Below are positions 1-6,669 of a stretch of DNA of 52,239 bases, piece after piece. Under the pieces are notes generated by a model that saw only the letters and a list, made by a program, of their open reading frames with translations, did not search any database and was not told the DNA's origin. The number at the start of each line of letters is the position of its first letter. Within the stretch, counting starts at the first letter, position 1. Location: positions 1-52,239 of the IMG/VR virus record IMGVR_UViG_3300020045_012262; one strand, 5' to 3'. Source of the DNA: a virus. Taxonomy: Duplodnaviria > Caudoviricetes. A program made the position numbers and the translations under genes.

Positions 1-121
1 GTATTGAGAAATTGTGTACATCCCGATTTTGGGAAACATATTTTTGATTGTCTTGAAAATAATTACAAACCAATCGAGAGTCAAATGTTCTTATTTGCAG
101 ATTCGTAGTATAACCGCTAAC
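1..121 (+). repeat. Exact copy of 2333-2453 (3' end of the methyltransferase cassette, ending at TAAC)
   Basis: Identical to 2333-2453. Diverges immediately after ...gtataaccgctaac (ggtcta here, tagcgg there). Confidence 0.97.
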
Positions 122-210
122 GGTCTAGCTTGTCGCTGTATGCCAAGATAGAACGTGAATAGAAAGAAAAAAGTCGTAGCATATAGCTACAAGCGTATGT
201 TATGGCTCGT
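118..210. repeat. attC-like hairpin site preceding cassette C
   Basis: TAAC(118-121) ggtcta GCTTGTcGCTgTATGC ... GCATAtAGCtACAAGC gtat GTTA(199-202); 77-nt body. Confidence 0.8.
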
Positions 211-635
211 TCTTTTTTTTACACTAACAAAAAAAATAATAATATGAAAAATTTACAATTATCATTAATTAAAGTATGGTTTGAAAAGACCAAATTAAAA
301 ATTAAACCCGAAGATTACAGGGCTATAACTCCTTATTTCTGTAATAAATTTTTACTTTTTAATGGAGAAAATTTATCAAAAGAACAATGGAGAGTGTTTT
401 TAATTACAAGCGGTGTTAATTATTTGATTTTATGTATAGGCAAAGAAATCACTTTTAAAAATTTTACCCTAAACATAATGACTTTAGGTTATCCAAAATC
501 AGGAGATACCGAACGCATTTTAAAATATCAACACGCAGGAATCGAAATAAGAACTGGCAACCCTGAATGGGGAGCAGAACCTGATAAACTTTATTTCGTC
601 ATTTTACACGGTTGCTCGGTAGAATGAGCCATAAC
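122..635 (+). mobile_element. Putative gene cassette C (ASCH-like gene)
   Basis: Gene flanked by gttatggctcgttct (199-213) and agaatgagccataac (621-635), which are reverse complements except at position 11. Confidence 0.75.
202..627 (+). CDS. ASCH/PUA-like domain protein (start may be ATG 244)
   Basis: L-x-L-x3-WF...K-x-E-x-R N-terminus, GYP, and GNPEWGAEP..YFVI C-terminus typical of phage ASCH-like proteins. Confidence 0.65.
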   Translation: MARSFFYTNKKNNNMKNLQLSLIKVWFEKTKLKIKPEDYRAITPYFCNKFLLFNGENLSKEQWRVFLITSGVNYLILCIGKEITFKNFTLNIMTLGYPKSGDTERILKYQHAGIEIRTGNPEWGAEPDKLYFVILHGCSVE

Positions 636-764
636 GGTTCGCTTGTATGGTTAGTGCGGAAAAATAAACCGAATCATTCCATACAATACCGACCAATCCA
701 AATACAAACTGAATTATAAATTAAACACAATACCGCATTAATTATACAAGCTGTTAGCGGATGT
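632..764. repeat. attC-like hairpin site preceding cassette D
   Basis: TAAC(632-635) ggttc GCTTGTATggTTAgTGCGG ... CCGCAtTAAttATACAAGC t GTTA(753-756); 117-nt body. Confidence 0.85.
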
Positions 765-814
765 GGCTTCCACTAAACTTCTGGGCGGAGTGATAAAACC
801 CAAACACAACTATT

Positions 815-1108
815 ATGAATGATAATTTAAGCAGAGCCTACGAAGTGAATCACATCGAGGACATCAAGAAAAACCAAAAAGAGAATAATTCGTTATTAAA
901 AATTTTAGTGACAAATTATGATGAAAAACAAGGCGAAATTCTTATGGTAAAAATTCAAAATGACCCTAATCCTGAATTTCCTATTTACTATTGTTTATCT
1001 GAAAGTTTGACCGCTTGTGAAAATGCTATTAAAGCAAAACCAAGTAGAGAACTAGCCTTGGTAAAAACCAAACTCCAAGAAGCCTTATTTTGGCTAAATG
1101 AAGCCTAA
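815..1108 (+). CDS. Small protein with Tad1/Acb2-like C-terminal helical hairpin (candidate anti-defence nucleotide sponge)
   Basis: C-terminus SRELALVKTKLQEALFWLN resembles the RE-x(5)-TKL-[EQ]-EA-x-x-W motif recalled for the Tad1/Acb2 family. Confidence 0.55.
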   Translation: MNDNLSRAYEVNHIEDIKKNQKENNSLLKILVTNYDEKQGEILMVKIQNDPNPEFPIYYCLSESLTACENAIKAKPSRELALVKTKLQEALFWLNEA

Positions 1109-1121
1109 ATCTGTTTTTATT

Positions 1122-1147
1122 GGCGGTAGTTCTTGATTACTACCGCC
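1122..1147. terminator. GC-rich hairpin after the cassette D gene
   Basis: ggcggtagt...actaccgcc inverted repeat; no clear U-tract on +. Confidence 0.4.
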
Positions 1148-1155
1148 ATATCCGC

Positions 1156-1291
1156 TAACGTCCGAGTGCTTGCAGAAGTTAGGGAAAAGTAAGTACTATT
1201 TTTTAATTAAAAAACAATAATAACAAATACAAACCAAGCCACCAAGTTAAGCCTAAAACCCTAATTTTTGCAAACACTTGTTATAGGCTGT
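1156..1291. repeat. attC-like hairpin site preceding cassette E
   Basis: TAAC(1156-1159) gtccg AGTGcTTGCAgAAgTTAGGG ... CCCTAAtTTtTGCAAaCACT t GTTA(1280-1283); 120-nt body. Confidence 0.85.
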
Positions 1292-1640
1292 TTTAACTAA
1301 ATTTAATTATGAAACTATTAGAAAATTACGAAAAAGCATTACAAGAAATTTACGACCACGTTGGATTTGTGGAAGATTATGTTATTTATCCAATAAACGA
1401 TAATACTAAATATTTTTGGGATTGTGATGGAGAAACAATATTTTTTGCAGATACAGAAAAAGAGTTTGAAGATGAAGATGGTAATTACTATGAAAGTGAA
1501 GTTTATACTCAAAGATTTTATCAAAAATGGATTTATGAAGGTAAAGACTTTACAATGATTTTTGAAGATACACATACTGACGGAATGAAATATTTTGCCG
1601 TGTTTGATAACACTAAACGTCTTAAAAAATAGCCTATAAC
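1160..1640 (+). mobile_element. Putative gene cassette E (hypothetical acidic protein)
   Basis: Flanked by gttataggctgtttt (1280-1294) and aaaatagcctataac (1626-1640). Confidence 0.75.
1309..1632 (+). CDS. Hypothetical acidic protein (cassette cargo)
   Basis: 107-aa ORF exactly filling the cassette. Confidence 0.8.
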   Translation: MKLLENYEKALQEIYDHVGFVEDYVIYPINDNTKYFWDCDGETIFFADTEKEFEDEDGNYYESEVYTQRFYQKWIYEGKDFTMIFEDTHTDGMKYFAVFDNTKRLKK

Positions 1641-1768
1641 GCTTGCCACTTGGTGCGGTTGGGGCTAAATAAGCCAAATAATTAAATTCAAAAACAATCT
1701 TTATGATACAAAATAATAATCAAATTAAACCTGATGCCCAATCGCTCCAAATGGATGTTAGCGGTTGT
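1637..1768. repeat. attC-like hairpin site preceding the methyltransferase cassette (1637-1742 is duplicated at 52134-52239)
   Basis: TAAC(1637-1640) gcttg CCAcTTGGtGCGgTTGGG ... CCCAAtCGCtCCAAaTGG at GTTA(1757-1760); 116-nt body. Confidence 0.85.
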
Positions 1769-2453
1769 ACGGTTGTTGTTAAGAAAAAAGTTCTTAATCT
1801 ATACGCTGGACTTGGTGGAAATCGCAAAAAATGGAATGATGATTTATACGATGTTACAGCCGTTGAATTTGATGAAAAAATAGCGAACGTTTATAGACTA
1901 AACTTTCCGAATGATAAACTAATAATTGGCGATGCTCACAAATATTTAAAAGAGAATCATCAGGATTACGATATTATTTGGAGTTCGCCACCCTGTCAAA
2001 AACATAGCAAAATGATGAAAGCCACAAGGCACAAAGTAGCTGATTATATTGATATTTCTCTTTATCAGCAAATCATCTTTTTACAGCATTTTTTCAAAGG
2101 TAAATTTATTGTTGAAAATGTAAAACCTTACTACGAACCTTTGATAAAACCGACTAAAACATTAGGCCGTCATTTATTATGGTCAAATTTTGAAATATCA
2201 GATTTTGAAATGCCAAACATAAAAGGATTTATAACTGCTGGAACTGTTGCCGAAACCGAAAAATTAAAAGAATGGCTAGGAATAAAATACGAAGGAAATA
2301 TTTACTACAAAGGAAATCATTGTCCTGGTCAAGTATTGAGAAATTGTGTACATCCCGATTTTGGGAAACATATTTTTGATTGTCTTGAAAATAATTACAA
2401 ACCAATCGAGAGTCAAATGTTCTTATTTGCAGATTCGTAGTATAACCGCTAAC
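1641..2453 (+). mobile_element. Putative gene cassette M (DNA methyltransferase)
   Basis: Flanked by gttagcggttgtac (1757-1770) and gtataaccgctaac (2440-2453). Both of its ends recur at the window termini with different neighbours. Confidence 0.85.
1703..2440 (+). CDS. DNA (cytosine-5) methyltransferase, short phage type
   Basis: Motif I NLYAGLGG, catalytic motif IV SPPCQ, motif VI VENV. Confidence 0.9.
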   Translation: MIQNNNQIKPDAQSLQMDVSGCTVVVKKKVLNLYAGLGGNRKKWNDDLYDVTAVEFDEKIANVYRLNFPNDKLIIGDAHKYLKENHQDYDIIWSSPPCQKHSKMMKATRHKVADYIDISLYQQIIFLQHFFKGKFIVENVKPYYEPLIKPTKTLGRHLLWSNFEISDFEMPNIKGFITAGTVAETEKLKEWLGIKYEGNIYYKGNHCPGQVLRNCVHPDFGKHIFDCLENNYKPIESQMFLFADS

Positions 2454-2503
2454 TAGCGGATTGGATTGACTAATGTGGTAATAACTTAATAAAACAAATA
2501 CTT

Positions 2504-2764
2504 ATGATTACCACATTAGTTTATAATTTCGGATTTGAGTACAAAGGAGCAAGATATGTTTGGAAGTCTAAAAAATTATTCAGATTGCCATACACAAAAG
2601 GACTACGAACCTATTCATTCAAAGAAATACCGTTTTACTGTTTCAAATCAACAATAGTTTATAACATTCAAAGAACCAAACTTACTATAAATAGATTGGA
2701 AACTATGACTATAAAAGTTGATTGGACACATGATATTTTTATAAATGATGATTGCCCATTTTAA
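2504..2764 (+). CDS. Hypothetical protein
   Basis: 86-aa ORF; its ATG lies inside the 2469-2520 hairpin. Confidence 0.65.
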   Translation: MITTLVYNFGFEYKGARYVWKSKKLFRLPYTKGLRTYSFKEIPFYCFKSTIVYNIQRTKLTINRLETMTIKVDWTHDIFINDDCPF

Positions 2765-3234
2765 CACCTTATAAAATGAAAATACAAGATATAAAACTGA
2801 AAGAGATTTACTTCCAAGAAGTAATGAATGATATAAGAAATTTTGTAATTGTTGAATCATACGTTCAATATTCAGTTGGAAATTTAATTATAATAACTGA
2901 GGTTTGTCAAACAATAAAGTCAAAGCCTAGAAAATGCATTAAAAAAATAAGTTATGTTAGTGTAGGCGATGGACATGGATTATCAAAAAATTATTGTCTT
3001 TTAATTTTAAGACCAACTACAGCAAAATTAGAATATGATTATACATGGAAATCAGAAATTCCAGAATATGATCAAATAAGAATAATAGAGTATTGGAAAA
3101 ATGAAAAAAATAATGGAATTAATAATCTAATGGATAGATTCCCTTATAAAAAATCAGCAATAAATAATTTAATTGATAATTATTTAAAACATAAAATAAA
3201 TGATAACAGAAGCAAAAATTCAGGAACGTATTGA
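2752..3234 (+). CDS. Hypothetical protein with a DUF3850/ASCH-like N-terminus (start probably ATG 2776)
   Basis: IKLKEIYFQEV...F.IV....YSVGNLIIITE resembles the DUF3850 pattern LK....YF..V..G.K.FE.R..DR.F.VGD.L.L.E. Confidence 0.45.
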   Translation: MPILTPYKMKIQDIKLKEIYFQEVMNDIRNFVIVESYVQYSVGNLIIITEVCQTIKSKPRKCIKKISYVSVGDGHGLSKNYCLLILRPTTAKLEYDYTWKSEIPEYDQIRIIEYWKNEKNNGINNLMDRFPYKKSAINNLIDNYLKHKINDNRSKNSGTY

Positions 3235-3355
3235 TTTTTATATCAAGGAAATTGAAGTGTTTGGATCCAATAAAAAGCATGCGCAAAAGAAAAAAGTTTC
3301 TCAAAGCATTTTAAGTTTTTGGAATAATCAATTAAGTAAATATAAAAAATTACAA

Positions 3356-3386
3356 AAAAACTCGTTGCAATAGTAGCGAGTTTTTT
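3356..3386 (+). terminator. Rho-independent terminator
   Basis: aaaaactcgttgc...gtagcgagtttttt hairpin followed by a T run. Confidence 0.7.
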
Positions 3387-3473
3387 ATTTTATAAAACAA
3401 TCCAATTTTTACACAAAAACACTTATAAATTATCTAAAACGATTAAAAATAAGGCTGTTTTTACTCTTTTTTG

Positions 3474-3481
3474 TACATTTG
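3474..3481 (+). promoter_or_regulatory. Bacteroidota-type -7 promoter box TACATTTG
   Basis: TAnnTTTG 25 nt upstream of the ORF 3507 start. Confidence 0.55.
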
Positions 3482-3506
3482 ACTTAAATTTTAGTACATT
3501 TACGAC

Positions 3507-4091
3507 ATGGAAACTTTATCAATAGACATATCAAAGCTTAAAAACAATACAGGACAGATTGAAGGACTGCCAAAGAACCCACGTATTATAAAGGATTCAC
3601 GTTTTAAAAAGCTTGTGCAATCAATAAAAGATGATCCTGAAATGCTTGAACTTCGTGAGTTAATTGTTTTACCTCATAAACATCAGTTCATTGTAATAGC
3701 AGGAAATCAACGTTTAAAAGCTTGCTCCGAGATAGGTTACAAAGAAATGATTTGCAAAGTACTTCCTGCAAACACGTCAATTGAAAAGCTAAAAGCAATC
3801 ACCATCAAAGATAACATCAGTTTTGGCCAACATGATTGGGAATCTTTAAACTTGGATTGGGATGATTTACAATTATCAAATTGGGGGTTGGATATTGAAA
3901 AGAAAATTGATCCAATTGGTAGCGCTTCACCAACTAAAACTGATGCAAAGAAAACAAAAGCTATCATGATTCACTTTGACTTAAACGAATACGATGAAGC
4001 TTTTGCGCTAATAAAGTATTTTAAAGACCGTGATTACAATATTGGCAGTTCATTGGTACAATTACTCAAACAACAAAAAGAAACCCTTTAA
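3507..4091 (+). CDS. ParB/Srx-like N-terminal domain protein
   Basis: KNPR...LVQSIK...VIAGNQRLKAC..IG...DNISFGQHD ParB-like motifs; next to the terminase genes. Confidence 0.85.
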   Translation: METLSIDISKLKNNTGQIEGLPKNPRIIKDSRFKKLVQSIKDDPEMLELRELIVLPHKHQFIVIAGNQRLKACSEIGYKEMICKVLPANTSIEKLKAITIKDNISFGQHDWESLNLDWDDLQLSNWGLDIEKKIDPIGSASPTKTDAKKTKAIMIHFDLNEYDEAFALIKYFKDRDYNIGSSLVQLLKQQKETL

Positions 4092-4103
4092 AACATAATT
4101 AAA

Positions 4104-4394
4104 ATGATAAAATTAACAGTAAAGGAAATTCAACAAGAACTAATATCTATTATTTCAGACGAAATGAATCAAAGTCATTTCATAAATTTGAGAAAGTCAA
4201 ATGAAATAGCATTAATATCTACTGATACAGATGTGTATAAAAAATTTCAGGAATGGCTAACGGAAAATAATTTGTTTGATTCTGGTACAATATACTTAAC
4301 GGGTGAACACAAAGAACTTATTATTGATACAATGATTTATAATTATGACAAAAGCATTGAAACAAAACGTAATCTAATAAAAAATGGCATTTAG
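4104..4394 (+). CDS. Hypothetical protein
   Basis: ORF in operon context. Confidence 0.65.
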   Translation: MIKLTVKEIQQELISIISDEMNQSHFINLRKSNEIALISTDTDVYKKFQEWLTENNLFDSGTIYLTGEHKELIIDTMIYNYDKSIETKRNLIKNGI

Positions 4395-4809
4395 CAAATC
4401 AAAAATTTATAAACAGGCAATAAAACTGATTGAAGAAAAGGATTGTTTAGATATTCGTGAACTTATCGCGTTACTTCCTTGTCAAACAACTTGTTTTTAT
4501 GCCTTTTTCCCCGCTACATCGAAAGAATCGGAAACGTTTAAAGAAATGATTAATACTAACAAAGTAAAAGCCTGTGGAGGGCTTAAACGTAAATGGATTA
4601 AATCAGAAAATGCAACGCTTCAAATTGCTGCTTATAAACTTATGGGTGATGAAGATGAAGTTCATAGATTAAGCGGAACCAAGCAAGAAACTACGCTTAA
4701 AGGCGATAAAGATCATCCGATTGAATTCAATGATGAGGTTTCAAGAAACAAGCTTATTGCCGAGCTTACAAAAGAATTGGCAGGTGAATTACAGCAAGAA
4801 ACAAAATAA
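4384..4809 (+). CDS. Probable terminase small subunit
   Basis: Size, HTH-like N-terminus (TTCFY), C-terminal LKGDKDHPI motif, and position upstream of TerL. Confidence 0.55.
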   Translation: MAFSKSKIYKQAIKLIEEKDCLDIRELIALLPCQTTCFYAFFPATSKESETFKEMINTNKVKACGGLKRKWIKSENATLQIAAYKLMGDEDEVHRLSGTKQETTLKGDKDHPIEFNDEVSRNKLIAELTKELAGELQQETK

Positions 4810-5037
4810 AATATACAAACTGATTTTAAACTTTGGATTCCGATAAATCGGAGTGAGAAACTATCAGGCGGTTAATAAGTCTTTAAATCATGTCTCTTTA
4901 CTAGGATTGTTAGATCATTTGCCAATTTCGACTAGTGCAAATAGTAGGCTAGTAAAAATGTGATCGTTTAGCGTTATGATAATTAATTTTTTCAATATTT
5001 ATAAATTATCATTATAAAAAACACATGTGAAGAAGTA

Positions 5038-5463
5038 TTGAAATTAAGTGTATATTTTATTATTTGTAAGAAAGGTATCGAAAAACACGTGGGTTTGTGT
5101 AGGAATTTAAAAAATAACGAAATGAATGAAGAAAAAGTAATTATGATTGGAGAAAGTAAAATTTCAGGACGTGATTTTGCTTTGTTAATGGAAAAATTTT
5201 CACATTGCCAAATTATACCCTTTAATGATATAGAAAATATCAATGAAACAATAAAACTGAATCATTCATATGAAGGAACTTTTGAATTATCAAAAGAAAA
5301 CTTCGAAAGATTAAAAGCATTTGGCGGTATTGCTAAAGAAGATTCAGATGCAGCAGAGGCATTGAAAGAGTTGTTTAAAACACATAATAATTTTTCTGTT
5401 CCATTAGAAAATGAACCATCAAAATACTTTTCAAAACCAAAAAATAATTTTAAAAGAAGATAG
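5038..5463 (+). CDS. Hypothetical protein (start probably ATG near 5122)
   Basis: ORF only. Confidence 0.5.
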   Translation: MKLSVYFIICKKGIEKHVGLCRNLKNNEMNEEKVIMIGESKISGRDFALLMEKFSHCQIIPFNDIENINETIKLNHSYEGTFELSKENFERLKAFGGIAKEDSDAAEALKELFKTHNNFSVPLENEPSKYFSKPKNNFKRR

Positions 5464-5641
5464 CCATGTTAGAAATAAAAGACGGTAAAATATTTGTTGA
5501 AGGTGTTGAAACAATCGATACTGAATTGATTGGAATGGCTTTTTTAGATTTTGCTGAAGATGTTTCATCGCATGGACTTAATTGGAAGTCATCATTAGTT
5601 ATAGAAGCAATAAAAAGTTATGAACATTTAAACACAAGATT

Positions 5642-5896
5642 ATGAATCCAAAACATTTTAAAGAAGCAACAATTGAATTAAAAAAACCCGAAGGAATGAC
5701 CGATGATGAATGTGGATCACTTCATATTTTCCAACAGGATAACGGAACATGTATTTCTTTGTGGACCGTTTCATTTTGGGAAAGACTTAAATTCCTTTTC
5801 CATGGTCATATTTGGTTAGGAGTTCTTTCCGGAACCACGCAACCGCCTGTTTGGTTAGACTGCAAAAAAACAGTATTCATTAAACCTAAAAAATAA
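5642..5896 (+). CDS. Conserved-looking phage hypothetical protein
   Basis: P.GM...EC..L.....ISLW..SF.ERL..LF.G.IWL.V.....PPV pattern recalled from small phage proteins. Confidence 0.7.
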   Translation: MNPKHFKEATIELKKPEGMTDDECGSLHIFQQDNGTCISLWTVSFWERLKFLFHGHIWLGVLSGTTQPPVWLDCKKTVFIKPKK

Positions 5897-5935
5897 TTTA
5901 TGGAAAATTTAGAAACCGCATTTCATTTACGATAA

Positions 5936-6130
5936 TTGGCAAAAAAAAGTGATAAAACACTAGAATATTATTTAACTGCTTTGAATAATGCCGCAAAATC
6001 AGGTCAAAACTATTTTTTATTTCATGAAAAATTATCTCATGAAAATTCTTTAGCATTATCCGAAAGAGGTTTTAGAGTAGAAAACTTTGAAGATCAATTG
6101 AGATTGGAGCATACTAAAATAAGCTTTTAA
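5936..6130 (+). CDS. Hypothetical protein
   Basis: ORF only; start uncertain. Confidence 0.5.
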   Translation: MAKKSDKTLEYYLTALNNAAKSGQNYFLFHEKLSHENSLALSERGFRVENFEDQLRLEHTKISF

Positions 6131-6132
6131 TT

Positions 6133-6375
6133 ATGAAAAATCCATTTAAAACATTCAGTCGATACCTAAAAGGCAAACTGAAAGAAAAAAAAGAATTACA
6201 AAAGGCGCGTGAAGAAATGAAAGATCGCATTTCGAAAGCTGTTATTGATTATGCCAAATTAAAAGAAAATCCTTCGCGATATTCTAAGAAGTTAAAAAAT
6301 TCAATTGAAGTTGAATTTCGGGAATTGGTTGAACTTGGTTACATCGAAATACAAGGTACATGGAATCAAAATTAA
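6133..6375 (+). CDS. Hypothetical basic protein
   Basis: ORF only. Confidence 0.55.
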   Translation: MKNPFKTFSRYLKGKLKEKKELQKAREEMKDRISKAVIDYAKLKENPSRYSKKLKNSIEVEFRELVELGYIEIQGTWNQN

Positions 6376-6669
6376 TAGCAATTCAAAGAATCACGGCCGT
6401 AATGGAATTTTATTATTTTAGAGGGACAAATAAAGAATCTGTAAATAGAGTTTACCGAAAAATAATAAATTCATGAGTAAAATAATTCCAATTGAAAAAA
6501 ACAATCCCAAATATGTTTTAGTGGTTAGTGATCCTGAATTTGGAATTTATTATTATTTGGTAGATAATGTAAAGAGAAATTATTACTCAAAAAACGATGT
6601 TGGAATCTGGCACATAAAATATAAAACAAAACTTGACGTTTAATTGTCAAGTTTTTTGCATTTAATTAC

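Larger units (their letters stand above)
636..1159 (+). mobile_element. Putative gene cassette D (Tad1/Acb2-like gene)
   Basis: Flanked by gttagcggatgtggc (753-767) and gccatatccgctaac (1145-1159). Confidence 0.75.

Noticed and set aside
1-121. Window-end repeats read as phage terminal repeats or simple circular overlap
   Set aside because: The two ends do not match each other. Each matches a different end of the internal methyltransferase cassette, with boundaries at TAAC.
1339-1677. Minus-strand ORFs starting MAYLAPTAPSGKRY (also 51935-52174)
   Set aside because: They are antisense shadows starting in the duplicated site and overlapping better-supported plus-strand genes.
118-1770. CRISPR array or ordinary terminators as the explanation for the intergenic hairpins
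   Set aside because: The repeats are not identical, the intervening units are whole genes, the hairpins have long loops and no U-tracts, and all carry TAAC/GTTA ends.
199-2453. Shufflon or invertible segments (each gene lies between inverted repeats)
   Set aside because: All genes are co-oriented, the observed rearrangement changes neighbours rather than orientation, and no invertase is present. Not formally excluded.
2504-2765. ORF 2504 as a seventh cassette (it ends in TAAC)
   Set aside because: It has no GTTA-N6-GT start, no AT-N6 before the TAAC, and no following hairpin.
3507-4091. ParB as evidence of a plasmid-prophage partition system
   Set aside because: There is no ParA partner, and ParB-N domain genes next to terminases are common in phages.
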